Assembly: GCA_964199315.1 (NCBI GenBank)
Contig: OZ116712.1
Location: forward strand, 7,440,001-7,504,000
Direction: 5' to 3'
Origin: Orbicella franksi
Taxonomy: Eukaryota
DNA length: 64,000 nucleotides
Part shown: positions 37,187 to 51,210 of the stretch, piece by piece
How positions within the stretch are numbered: the stretch's first letter is position 1
Layout of the letters: every line of letters begins with the position of its first letter
Notes under the pieces: generated by a model
Database searches by the model: none
What the model was told of the DNA's origin: nothing
Seen by the model: the letters and a program-made list of their open reading frames with translations, nothing else
Translations under genes and position numbers: made by a program

Positions 37187-37365
37187 GAGAGAGTTTTCAC
37201 TCCCGTGGCAGACAGCCAGGCAAATTTATTGGACAAAAGAAATTGTTTGCACAAAAGAAAAGAGTTCAAATCGTACAGGATTGGTTTGGTACACCAACAT
37301 GGCTGCTGTTTTATTGTTTTGGGACACCAACATGGCTGTCGTGACATCATGCGGAAACAGCCTCT
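37187..37365. mobile_element. Short MITE-like dispersed repeat
   Basis: Imperfect inverted ends (agagagttttcac...gcggaaacagcctct) and an internal duplicated caccaacatggctg motif. Resembles an abundant anthozoan repeat as I recall it. Confidence 0.55.
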
Positions 37366-39487
37366 CCGCCTTCAAAAACATCTTCAGCTTTCTCTCAGCT
37401 ACCTTTGACCCCTACATGAGCAGATCTGAATCGGGCTGTCAGAATCCACACTGAAACGGATGTTAACCTCACGTAAGAGCCAGGACCCGAACACCATCTG
37501 AATAAGGCACGCTTGGACATGATCAATTCCAGAGCACAACCATAGCTTTGTTGTATTTATACTAGGATTGCCATCATGAAACAATAGGATGAAGCTTACA
37601 TCAATCCTGTGTAATTTTAACTTTGACATTTGTCACCAATTTGGATAATAAATCGTGCGCAGTGCATGATGGGCATGGTTAACACGAACAGCTAACGTTT
37701 CTGGCCATCACTTCCGGCTAATCCTAACAGAGCATAAATTGACAAATTTTAATTAAAGTACGTTCTCAGTGGAAGTTTTTGAATGGTTACACATGTCTTG
37801 GTCAGTTGACGTCGTCTTCAATCATTCCATGAAAAGGTAAGCGCGCTTATTTTTCATAAAAACGACGAAGACGTTGACAACGTTTACTTATTTATTGGCC
37901 CAATACACCAATCAAAGTTTGGTTCCGTCGACAGCATTAGTTGATCATCTGTTTGATATAGATATTGAAACGTTTTCAAGTGACGTTCTTGAAACAATGT
38001 CGACTGCTTTTCGAAAAAGATTTTGCTATGGGTTGACCAAAATTTGATTAACTTTTCCAAATAACAATTTCTCTATTTCTGACTCAGTACTTTCTTCATT
38101 TCCTCGCGGACATTATCACCCACGGTGACGTGAAGTTTACGGAAGGACGAGAAAAAGCCTGCTTTTTTTATTTTGGAGTCTCACTCAATTTGTTGACTCG
38201 ACAATTCATCAAAACAAACATATTTTATTACAGACCGCCGAAATTCTGATTATGTTGAATGAAAGTCTCCCAAGTTTCGATAGTGTGGTTTCGGTTCAAG
38301 TTTAGCACTTGTAATAAAGTTATTTTGCTAACATGAAATACTATATCAAAGATCGATTTAAAATAATGCCTGAAAACATGCAACGATTCGCCTTAAGCTT
38401 AACTCCATACTTATACATACTTCTTTTTATAGAGGTGATCCGATTTAGTACACAAACACTACCTGGTCATGATAGAGTAAATTATATTCTTCCCTTTGTA
38501 GTAGTTTTAAATAGCATTTATATATAATTATCATTCCCAAAAATTGAAAACAATGCGAAAATGTGACGACCTTTACAAAGAACGCGATCCGCCTTCACAA
38601 AGCTGTACACGCCGGTTCAGCTTACAGAAGTTTTGTTGTTTTAGAATAGATTGAGCCTGAGCGTAGAATACGTGAGTGGAAAAAATGAGATCTTTTCCTA
38701 GCAGAACTTTAGCAGTACTCCTACATGATACACGTATTCATAATTCATAAGCGGTTTTTCATTCAAACTCATGTAATCGTGATATCCCAAGTGTTCCACG
38801 TTGAATAGAATACGTCAAATGACCCGGCTTGGCCCGTTATGTTCCACCCTCGCACCTCACGTTCCATTCTTTTCCCTATTCATGATTTTAATCAATTGTG
38901 CAGTGTTGCTAAAAATAAAAATAAATGTCAAGATTGCTATCTCGCCATATCTCGCTGGATTTACGGTTCAACGAGACTTCGTGACTATGCTTTTCTTCAC
39001 ATTTTCGTATTTGGTTTTGTGGTTTCATTTTCGACAGTTGCATTAAAAGACTACAATGTAGTGCCAGCGTTTACAAAACACACCGACCCTCGGTTCACTG
39101 AGCTGCTCAGAAGCGCGGGTTCCTTTCGTAAATTGGGGGTCGGAAACAACAGTATACTTCCTACATTGCGTGTTGAAAAATGTTCGCACGCAATTTTCGT
39201 CATAAATTTCAGAAATTTGTTTGTAGTAAGAAGTTGCCTGACCCCCAAAAAATGGTCCCTGAAGCAACTTCCGTAACACGTTGAAATCATAAAACAGCTA
39301 AAGGAGTATGTCATAAATCATTTTGCATTTGGCAAAATTCCCAAAAACAAACGACTGTACATAAAGGTAATGCTCAAAAGATTGTATTTGAATTAAGTAA
39401 AGGTTTCATGGACGCGACGTTAAAGGTACAGCGGCAAAGTAAAACAGTTGCACATGAACGCAATGCTCGAGCGCTTTCTTTTGATCG

Positions 39488-39675
39488 TGAATAGTCAAAC
39501 ACTAGGTTTTCATCCACAAAAAGAACCACTTCGCACAGGATAATAAACAGTACAACATGATGGTACTGCTCAATAGCTTTCATTCGAATGCTCACACACT
39601 AGGGTTTCCTCCACGAACGTTAAAGCTAGAACCACTTTGTACACCGCGTAATTAACAGTAGCGCATAAAAGTAAC
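39488..39675 (-). repeat. ~105-110 bp repeat family, inverse orientation (about 2 units)
   Basis: aaacagtac..catga..gtactgctcaatagctttcatt.gaatg.tcacacactagggttt is the reverse complement of the 9897-10207 unit. A further decayed unit lies at ~39840-39960. Confidence 0.7.
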
Positions 39676-40614
39676 ACGCTTAACAGGCCGTACCCTTAGT
39701 GCCACGAAATAAACCGCAGCAGCACGTTTCGTTTTCGGGATGATCGCATAGACTTGAAGAGAATACCACATACAGAATATAATGACTTGTTCTAAACTGC
39801 ATGTACATGAAATAATTTTCCATATGAATCAATTCTGACACACTTGGGTTTCATTCACTGTCTGTGAAAAAGTTACAACTACCGTCTTGTATAGTATGAT
39901 AAACACTCTATGCCTTGTGAAAATACTGCTCGAGGGCTTTCATCTGAATGATCATGAACTAAAGATAAATCACCAGCCTTTAGCTTGGTTTGCTTCTCAG
40001 TGGGAATGAAAACTATTCAGAGAAAAGGAATTTAAATTTTATTGCTCTTCCCAAAGATTCGAGACTTTGAATTGGCGGAGATCCAGCTTGTGAAGTGGCG
40101 TTTCTATATGTCTGTGCAAATAATGAAGGTGGTTTACCACAGAACAACAGAATATCAATCCGTGTGGGTTACTTTTGAAACAAACATCAACGGGCTCCTT
40201 TGTTGTTGTTTTGTTATTGGCTTTGCAATGAGTCGTAGCGAGCGACGAAATCACTACGTCAGGTCACACCTATAAACATCTTTCCATTCAAAAACAGTTC
40301 CATGAAGGTGTACCAAGTACGTACACCAATTTCTTTCATTTCAAGATTTACATTTTGTAGTGTAATACAAACACTGCCACAAAAATACACTCATTCGTCA
40401 ATGGTTTTAACAATACTATGCACGGTCATGCTGAAGAGGTTCATTCATGCAATGGTTCAGAAAGGGAGTGCCACCTTGTGCGGACTGTGCGCCAGCCCTA
40501 AAAGAAGATACTGTATTCTAGCGCTCATTTGGTTTGAGAACGATTCTTTACTTAATTATTATTCACAGGGTCAAACTGTCGGCCTACTACTTAAAGGTAC
40601 TACTTAAAAACTAT

Positions 40615-40972
40615 CGTTTGAATGGTCACATGCTATGGCATTATCCGCAAACTTAAAAGTTAGAAAAACCTAGTGCACTATGATAAACAGCACAGTGCAA
40701 AAGTAATACGCAATATCTTTCATTTAAATGGTAAAACACTAGGATTTCATTCACTGGCTTAAATGTTAGAACCACCTGGTACAGCATAACAAACAGTACC
40801 ACATGAAAATACTGCTCAGTAGCTTTCATTTGAATGGTCACACACTAGGGTTTCATCCACAGACTTTAATGTTAGAACCACCTTGTACAGCACAATGATA
40901 AACAGTACCACATGAGAGTACCGCTCAGTAGCTTGCATTTCTATGGTTACCAACTAGGGTTTCATGCATCCA
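40615..40972 (-). repeat. ~105-110 bp repeat family, inverse orientation (3-4 units)
   Basis: Repeated gttagaaccacc.tgtacagca...aaacagtaccacatga..gta.tgctcagtagctt.catt. This explains the ORFs 39374-39595 and 40653-40841, which share K(A)(T/I)EQY(F/H)HVVLF. Confidence 0.8.
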
Positions 40973-43900
40973 AGATCAACCCGCGGTAAGAATATTGTTT
41001 CGCAGTAGGGTTATAGTAGAGCTTCATCCCCGTGATGTAAGCATTAAAGCCGCCCATTGTAGCACAGCGAACAGTAACACGTAAAAGTAACTGCTCAGTA
41101 GCTTTTCTTTGAAAATTTCGCAGGTAGATTTTACATCTTCCGACATCAAAATTGGCATCTTGTGCAGACATGCAGGTCACAGTTCATGCTTTTATACGTT
41201 CATGGTTATATAAGTCTCAACGTCCTAGTAAGCAATTTAAGCTGAAGTGAATATATAGTCTAATTTGAGATACCCGAGAGCAGTTTAGTTCTCCGTTTAT
41301 TTCAAAGTAGAACGACGACGGGTTCGCAGACCTACAGATGTGAAATTTGTTGCCCAACGCGACTAGCGACTCGGACTCTTTTCTGTGGAGCGCAATCTTG
41401 TTTAACACTAGCTGGCGAGGCTTCCGCGGGGAAATGTTATATAATGCATGTTTCGTTGACCATGCAATGGAATGCAACTAACCGATACATTCACCATCGC
41501 CATATTTTAGCGCCTTTAGCATAGTCTCTCTGAATCAAGGTAATGTTGAGTCAGTACTGAAAAACTTGCGCTAAAATCACTGGGTATCAAAGTTTCCGTG
41601 CCTTAATGCATAAATGTCACGCCTACTACTCACCAAAATCTCCCGCCTGTGGTCTCGAGTTTAAGGAATATAAATTTCTGGGAAATTATCTTCTGAAGGA
41701 AATGTTTGATATTGGTTTTCCATGCACGCGTGTGGAATCCCTGACCTCACGTACACTATTTGAACACGCAAATGTACACAATAATTGCGCGTGATCTTTT
41801 CCATTGAAGCGCATCTTTTCAAAGTAGATGATTTTTAACAAACAGATTTATGATTTTCGTGGTTTGTAGTTTCTATCATGTTGTTTCCCTTATAGAACAA
41901 AACTGTGATCAATTAAGCCGAAGATAACTTGATTTCCTTGCTGGCTTATGTTTAGCATTGCCGCAGGCTAGTTTCTTCATTGACCACTAGTGACCGAGCC
42001 AAGCGTGAAATAATCTCTGCAATATTAAGATGTTTTGGTTTGCAGATTATGAATGGTGTCTGCCCAGGGTCTTAATCATATTGTTGGTTCAGAGACAATT
42101 TGAACTTTGCTGCAGTTATATTTTAGGCATCTAAATGACAAAATGTAGTTTTGTGGGCGTAAGTTGATTATCCCACAGTAAGTTGTATAATTAAAATTTG
42201 CAAGCTAACATCTAAGGTCGAAAACTTGAAATAAAAACTTAAGCTCAGGTCAGACGAGACATAATAAAAGATAATGACCTAGGACTTGACTGAGAACATT
42301 TTGAAGACTGTTTGGCAATCCACACAAACAATAGGATACTGAACACGATGCGAAAGTAAATTTTCTTCTTGTTCTTTGAGTGTCCCAACTGAAAAGGAAG
42401 TGCTTACACTGTTACAAGCAACCTTGACTTAAACAAAGAGAAAGGCTTTGACAAATTACAAAAAGTTGTAAATAAAAGCTGTAAACTGGTTCACGGGCGA
42501 TCACAGGCGTAACATTTTGGGTACAATTTGAATGCAAGCCCTTCGTAAACTCGAAGTAATTGAGTTTTCCTAAATATAATGTTAATTGTCATACATGTAT
42601 GTTTTCTTGCCCATGTTTTGGTGCTGCAAGACATTCTGTCTTCGTTGCTAGACGTTCAATGACCTCAATATCATATTAGTAAATTCTAAAAGTAAACAAT
42701 TGAAGGTGCTAAGGTAGCAATACATCAAAGCCACTACAAGGGAGGCGAGCGTAAAACATTTCCTTTGGAGAGCAGTATTCTTCAACATTTTTGGCTGACA
42801 GTAAAACCTAAAAAACCGGCATGTACATATTATTTTTAAATGTTGATGATATTTGGATTGTCCATAACGTAAGATATCACTTAACCATGCGATTACGTAA
42901 CTGCGAAATGTTAAAGAAAAATTTAGTCCAGTCTAACACATATGCCGGCAGCAGTCGAACCTCACAATGCGGACAGTTTTACATTACGGCCAGACAGCTC
43001 AATTGGTTCCAGACTAATAAGCCAAAATTCTTGCAACCTCTACCTCAACAACAGTTAGGTCTGGATGAGAAATAAGGCGCTTTTAACGGCCAGCTGAGAT
43101 TGTGAGATATGAAAAATTTACTGGTAGTTGAGAAGTAAACTGGAATTTTTGACTGATTGCTGTGACTTAGGCATGCACTTCCATGCCGACCCTCTAAGAC
43201 AGTCACCTCCATTAAACGGAGAGTCAATTCAGGGCATCTTTAGTGTCCGTATTACAAAGAGGTTTGCAAGTACTACTGTTATCTGTGCATAATCTAAAAA
43301 GCTTTTCTGCACTTGTGTAAGATTAATTCTTAATCATGTGCATTTCCTGATCGCTTAAGACCACCTTGCAATGGAATTGAAATACTTATTTTTCTAAAAA
43401 TAGGAACATTCCATGATATTTACGGGTTTCTCAAAAAACGCCAACAGACGGATATTTGAATTAGTAAAATCCTCGAGATAATATAAAACGAAAACAACAA
43501 GATAAAGAAACTAACAGTTAAATAAACAAATCTGGAAATATTCGGATTTAGTAACTAATCCATGTTCATAACTCAAGTTGATCATTCAAGAGATCTTGCT
43601 CTTAGCCACAGAAATGTTCCTAAAAAGGCTCGGAGGAAAAAATTTGCAATTTTTGCAGACACTCTGGATTGCTAATGACTTCTTGCGTAATCTTATATAG
43701 TTGCCATGGACATCGGTAAATGAGCAAATTTTTTTTTTTGTCCGGTAATATATATGGTTCTATAAAAGATATACTGAACTATGACGGAAATTTCTACCAC
43801 AAAAAAAAAACCTCGGGAAATCTGTAATTTCTACAGAATCTGATGTTTCTTACGGTTGGTATGGCACAGTTCTTGCATACATATTTATACACCATAGACG

Positions 43901-46900
43901 AAAGTATAAATAGCGACTTTTATCGAATTATATTACCGATTCTACATAAGATATATCATGACGGAAAATCCGAGCGTTTTGTAGAAGTTTGTATGGATGT
44001 GAAATTCGATCGAAAGATAGCACAACTTTCCTTCAAAACGGTAAATTTAACTTGAAAATCGAAACCTGCAGCCCTGCTGCCGATAGCCAATAAAGCGCCA
44101 GAAAGATAGGAGAAATACAGAAGGTATCGTTTTGAATTTAAACAACGTAGTTTTTCGACGGAATAATGGCACATCTTTCGATTGAATTCCAAATCCATAC
44201 AAACTCTTATAACACGCTTTGATAACCTGTGATGTAACTATGACAGGAATTTTATTAATGAATCTTGGCACTCTTTCAGCATGCCATTTTTCGATGGTGG
44301 TTTTCGCGCGGGCAAATATCGTCAAAATTTGAAACAACTAAATACGACTTTAAGGGTAAATATTTTTATTTGAGATCTGTGGCGGCCGCCGTGACTGGCA
44401 AGAATCATCCTGGCGGCAGATAAAAGTAGTTGGAGCATGTCTCGGCAAAATGTTACATAAGGTGCTAATAATATTGATCCAAAGTCGAACTGATAATTTA
44501 TTGTGTGTTTATGACGGAAAATTTTTGTTAACTTTCAGTTGCAAAACAACGGGAAATATTAACTACCAAAGGGACCAGTAGAAACCTTTGAAATCACATC
44601 AATCGTGAACACAATATAATGCTATCTGCTTAAAGAATTGTAGAAGAATTTACTGTACGACTAGGTGGTAAACATTTCGGGAGTGCCGTTCACAAAATTT
44701 CCATGTTTTAGAAATTAGACGAACTTTGACGAAATTTTCAGTTAGGCATCCTCCTTCCCTAAAATAATACACTGGTGAAAGAGCTAGAATTGCGTGCTAC
44801 AATGCGAAATATTATAATTTTTTTTGAAAAAAATTTCTCGAAGGGTGAAAGGGCTAATTATAACCTTGGTCTCCATGGCTGTTCTTTTGGAGTGCCGCCA
44901 TTTTCATTTAATAATCTCTTTTGGGTCAGCCCCCTTGAAATGTAATGATGCGTGTACACACAAAACAGTTCTGTTGTGGCGCCCCATAAGAAAAAACGCA
45001 AAGGTTGAGCCCTTTTTTAATCTTCCAGCTGTCTGGAAATAATTTATTTTCCATTTAAGATGTAAATAGAAATACATAGTTTTATCAAGTCATTGATATG
45101 AAAACAAGGGTGTTGAAATTTGCATCAATCCATTGCATAGGTTCAAGGTTTAACCTGGCGTCACGTGTTTGTGATAAAGTAATACTTCAAACTTATAGTA
45201 ACTTCTATGGAGACGGCTTATCGAAGATTATGAGATTTCCGTTTTTAGAACACGAACTGATATTAGTGTTTAGCCGCAGTTGTTTTTGGGATTCCGGGAT
45301 TTGAGGTGGTGCAAACTGGTTCGTGCTAAACGTAGTAGTCTATTTTTGTTCTCCGCCTAGCCTCACGAAACCTTTTACACTACACTGAGTATTGAAAAAG
45401 GATTCATTTAGTCCAGTATTGATTGACATAAGACGAAATAAAGGGCTTAAGAATAATGGCACCTCTTATTGTAACCTTTACAAAAATGCATTCTCTTGTT
45501 GAATTTACAAAGCGAAGCACACAGCCAGAAACTGCCCCGAAGCGATTGTGTAGTCAAGCTCTGTCTAAGAAGTATTTCTCTCTAAATGCTTTAACGACAT
45601 AGTTGAGTTATTTCTAGCCGACATACCAACAGCTGCAGGTCAATTAGACGCCAGCGAAGGGAAATATTAGAGCTTGAAATTCGCGGAATAGTTTTGCGAT
45701 ATCAATGTAACTGTTTTTGTTCGGTCAGTTTCTTCCGCGAAACCCAACAGGAAATAGAACTATGGCCCATTTCCGAATCACCGATGAAAGTGGCAATTCA
45801 TTCACGTAATGTTTTATATTATCTCGGGTTTATCACAATTGAAGAGATAACGGATTTTGCGGGTTCTAAATACCCTTTATTAATATCAAAGGGAGCATTC
45901 TTTTCTTCTATGCGTGAGAAAGACGGGTTGAAACGCACAATCACACCATGATTCGCTACTGAAACCAAAACGATGCGACTTCAACGCGCGTTTCAAATAT
46001 GCTACAATGGTGGGATAATATCTAAACCAAAACAAAACTCAAAAAGTGTTTACAGATCCGCAGTGGAAATATATGTCAAGGTTCACTGATTCACCCTCCA
46101 CAGTACATGCTAACAATACGTGCAAAAGATTATATTTTTCTTCATGAAAATGAGGGACGGTTTTTCAATTGGAAACCCATCGAGAGATCAAATGCATTTT
46201 GAGAAAGTCTCATATCGAGTTTCTAACCATATCGTAACAACTTTGGTTTGTAGTAAATTAAAAATTGTGATTTCCACCGAAATGCCTCAGATTTACCCGT
46301 AACAATAGTAACATGTTTACAGGCTAATCTACATGAGAAAATCGAATTTTCGTGAAAACATGAAGCAAGAGTACAGGAATTATTTAGCTCGGGGTGCTGA
46401 ATTTGCATTGCAAAGAAGACTATTAAAGGCAACAGCGAGTTGAATGGATCTTTCGGGCGACTTTGTAACGTGGCAAAGCTTAGCAATAATGAAAGTGGAA
46501 AATTTTGTTTCTTGTTTCAATTAAGATTGATTTGCTCTAAAATAACTGGTTGTAGCTTATAACGACGGGACGTCTTTAATAAAAGACCGATTCTAGCGAA
46601 ATATGTAAACATGTAGCCTCTGCCACCAGCTGAAATGGAAATGTAATTTTTCGCGCGCTTTTTTCCAAGAGCGCAATTTGATCGGATATATCCTGCGCGC
46701 TGTGATATCGCCGTTCGAATCATCTGTTACTCTAAGTCGTTCTGATATCGCGTGATATCAGCATTCGTGGTTAATACTGGTCGTGGCAAATTTGAATACA
46801 TTAGGTAGTACGAATCCATGTTTGTATTGTATACAAAAGGTGTGACGACAGCTTACGAAACAATGAAATCCCTTAATACAATGTAATTGTCGGCTTTTTG

Positions 46901-49900
46901 TTAGTCACCTAACAAGCGAATGTAGATCAACTCGTAAAAGTTTCGAAAACGGCTTGAAACACTGGCAAGTTCGAAACAACGAGACTTCGCGACTTCATTT
47001 GAAAGCTAAACTTTGATCTGAACGACGGCAAAGTGAACGCACAATTCAATACTCGGAGATTTCAGGTAAGCCTGCTAGCGGTTTACTTACAAGTTATGAT
47101 TTATTAAGAGAGTTAATTTTGCGATCCCGATTTCTCTTCTGCAGCTATTAACACCCTTAAACACCTTTTTCGATAAGTGTTCGAGGTAATTTGCCCAATA
47201 TGTTTCAAGGTTTTCCGAGTGCAACGATTTTCGCGTAACTGACATATCTTTCTCTTCAAGCTTGTTTATCTTGTAATCAAACATTACGTATTCAAATATA
47301 GAGTACATATTTACAAAGTTTACCCCGGTTTTGTCTTATATATCTTCTCGAAACAGTTATATGTGTCTATACGCTTCTAAGGTATCGAGTGCGTTTCATT
47401 TTCGACTATTCTTAGCAAAATCCTGCCTTCTGAAATTTCATTTTAGCGAAATGTAATCCAGTTTACACAGTCTTGAACAAGTGGCGACAAGTCAATAGTC
47501 GGTTGTGCTGCTTAAGGGGGCATTGACAACGGTTTACATCTTTCCCTGAATTAACAAATATTTTCTACCGACGGATTGATCGTAAAATTTGTGCCTCTTG
47601 TTTGTAAGCTCGAGTAGTTATTTCCACCAAAATAATGGAGTGTAGTGGAAAAGTAAAGCTTTATGCGTGCTCAAGCTTGCGTAACAAAATTGACTTGGTA
47701 CGGAATCCACCTGCCGCGAGAAAAAGTTCGATTACAACTGAACGCCATCTAGAACACGCAGTCATTAGAAAATCACAAACAGGATTAAGCGCACAGCGAC
47801 CCCGGATTACTAAGTTTTCTTTTTTTATTTCTTTGAAGAAAAAAGCTGGGGAATCTAAAAGGCTCTAACAAAGAAAATTGTTTTTGAAGCGACAGTTAAG
47901 CACACATGCGATTGATGAAAAACTCACGGGTGGCAAACGGGGTTAAGGGTTCTTCGCCCGGATTTACAGTTATAGCCAATTTCCGGGGCTGCGAAACAAT
48001 TTCAACTTTACATCTGTGCCGCAAAAATAGAAAGTCTCGGCTACAAAAATAAATGCGCGCAAATGAAATTCCGAGGAAGAGACATATCAACAGCCGGTTC
48101 TCCTGTGTTTCGCCATCTTGAACGTTTGGTAGCGAGTGGTTAAGTTTCTAACCGAGGTCGCGTTGATTCTTTCGAAGAAAAACAGTTAAGTTAAACAATT
48201 TACAGCGAGGACCGCAGTTGCGTGACCTCCCGTGAAATGTTCCATTTATGAATGCCAATATATTAACGTGTTAACAACAGCCCGGGTCTAGTAAAAGACG
48301 AATTTACCGGCTTGGATAGAGTTATCAAAAACCATGGGTTAATAGTGATGTTCGCGCCGGATATATTTACCAAGGATCGAAAGCTTGCACAGTTTCAGAC
48401 AAAGTCAAGCGGTTTATAAGTGAGTAACCTAGTGAGAAGGAAACGCTAAATAAAAGCTATTGTTCGAGTGATAATTTATTCGTGTTCTACTTTCAGGAGA
48501 TGCATTGTTAATATCTCCATTTTCTTTAAAACCTGGTAAACGGTGGAAAGAAACCAAAGAGAGATGTGCTATGAATTTTTTCTCGTTTTGGTTTTCTTAT
48601 TATTGAATTAGAGAAATTAAAACGCTTTTTAGTTCTGTCAGCGTTCTTTAAGAAACTTCCATCGACGTTTGCTCTGATGAAATCATTTTCCAGGATGATG
48701 GTAGCCGCGAGTTTTTGATTCAGTTGTCGAGTTTAAATTTATTTGTAGAAACTGCACCTAGATTCAGTAATTGCGTCCTGAAAATTGCTGAGTAGATTTT
48801 ATGTGCTGTTTCATTCACCTCTGCATTTAACGCGCACACGTTAAAATGCTTTGCATGTTTAGGCGCATTTCGCTTGTTAATTAAACAATTTACGTGCGTT
48901 ATTACAGCCTTTACGTGCTAATAACTGTTATAAGCGCGCTTGTGTTTTGTGTGGAGAGGGTGTGAAAATCCACCCAACAAACCTTAAAAATACAGTACAC
49001 GGCTAACATCACGAACTCAACAAAACAGCTGTGTAAAGCTTGGTAAAACATCTTTTACTGGGTCTAAATAGCTTAATGTAAGCCTTTTCATGAAATGCAG
49101 TTTTTATCTTTAACCAAACCATTACGGACATTTTTGCTGAAAATAAATTTAAGATAACGGTGAACTCGACTTGTTCAATTCATTTTGAACCCGCTTGGTT
49201 TACTACAACTGCGCTACTGTAAGTTGAAAAAACCAAAAGTCAATTGTATTTGTATGTAGCGTGCTTTTTCTTCGAATTCAATATCTTTTTACATTTGCCC
49301 TGAACAATACAACATGTTTGCGTGGTTTCACAAACCAATCACTGGCCGTTACGTTATTGTTACCTGTTGAACACATTTCACCACATAAAAGAGAGTTCAT
49401 TAGGGCTCTCTGGAGTGAAATAATAAGCTAACCGGCTGTTCAAACACAAATCAACCTGTTAATGGACTGGCTTCCACTGTTTCTGTCGGCGCCGCAATGT
49501 CGAGCTCGAAAAAGACCAAGTCGGCGCTGTCTGTGTTGTGCTGCGTATTAAATACTTCAGCGAGACTTTAACGATTATGATGCGAGACTCGTTGACCGGG
49601 AGATAAGTGGGATAATAAATCGTCATAACAGCCTTTTGTAATGATGACAAGTATGAAAAAATCGATCATATCTCGTAGTATTCTCAAACTGTTAAAGAGT
49701 ACATTCAAGCCCTGAATGAGCGACATATTTAAGTTAAAATGCTTCGAAATAGCAATTAGCGTCACTGTAAGTCACAGTTTTTTTCTTCTTGGATGGAAAC
49801 AATTTTAACTGAACTATCAGTGGCTGGATTTTCATGAATATAGTTTTCACTCGTTGCCTAGCAACCCTACTTGAAGAAAACATTTCGTTGTCTCGACATA

Positions 49901-51052
49901 TTTTCATTTCAACAAAGGCTCTTTGACAACCATTGTTTTTAAAAAAACAACTCGTTATTTACGATCAATCTTTCGAGTAAATATGGTCGTTGATACAATT
50001 CTTGATTAACAACTCTCAAAATAATTTCAGCACTTAAAGTAGTGCGAAAGACTAGAAAATTAACAGAGTATGAAGCCACCAGTTTCACTGAAAAGTGGTT
50101 TCCTATCGCTAATAATTGGTTAATTATCTCGGGATTCTATTGGCTAAGCAAGTTTCTAAAGAGCTTGGATAGGTAGGGAATGGCACTTCTTTTTCGGTAT
50201 TAACTGTTCATCACTGAAAAGGGTTTGTAGTTAAAATTTTTAGAACATTACATCTCATGTGGAGTCAGAGTTATTGCGTTTGTAGCCCAGTGGATATCGG
50301 ACGTTATTCACTTCGCTGAATAACTTTTAACAGCTGCTATTTATTAACAAAGCACTCGTGAAGTTTTATTGCAGTATCACTTCTCGTAAACATGTGCACG
50401 AACAGAGTTTCTTTACGAAACATTGTGAAAAGTAACAGATTCGTTTACTTGCTTACTCGGCAAAGATGATTCCATAGGGATGCTATGTTTTTATTTTTTT
50501 TTCTTTCGTTTTGAACTGGAATTGTAAGAGCTCATTGTGCTAGCATGGAAAAACAGCCCGAGGCTTTGGTATTGTCAGTTTGTTGTTTTTATGAAAAAGT
50601 AATTAAGTTTGTGGTAAATTCATACGTCCCTTGGTTTTTCCCATGGATTAAGACTGCACACAATGCCTTGTACTTCAAGCCAATATCTGCTAAGAGAGTT
50701 CAGTTACGAGTCCATTCTACAGGGCGACACAAACAAATAAAGCCACAGTGCTGGTGACTGTAATGGAAAACGCAAACATATGTTTTGCGCCCTTCGTTAA
50801 GATTCAAATGCGATCGCCTCCAGATGGGGCTCAATTGATAGCTGAGAATTGGCCAAACGTTTTACTGTGAGCTCAGAGATGACGCATTTTTGTAACTAAT
50901 AACTGAGATTTGAGGTCTGCAATATATACTGTGAACTGAAAAAAGGACTAAAATTTTAACTTTTAAAATCTTTAACTGATAACTAAAGAAATAAGCAAAA
51001 ATTTAACTGATAATTGAGACTACAACAATCCCTTACTCTTTATCGATATTTG

Positions 51053-51210
51053 AGAGAATTTGACTGTACATCAAGACAATATCCCGATCCCTCAGTAGCT
51101 GCAGATCTGATGACTTTCTGTATTCTCACTACCTTTCTACCTGACCAAGTATTGACATCAAAAAAAGAAGCTAGATGTTATAAATCTTGAGGACTAAAGG
51201 TTTGAATTAA
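51053..51210 (+). mobile_element. Second copy of the MITE-like core seen at 26741-26870
   Basis: Shared tacatcaagacaatatcccg and flanking motifs. Confidence 0.55.

Noticed and set aside
38839-39314. Three overlapping ORFs (145, 78 and 87 aa) on both strands
   Set aside because: No recognisable motif and no way to choose a frame; consistent with locally stop-poor sequence.
50694-50870. KATVLVTVMENANICFAPF, faintly cadherin-like
   Set aside because: Lacks the DxNDNxP motif and other cadherin hallmarks; isolated.
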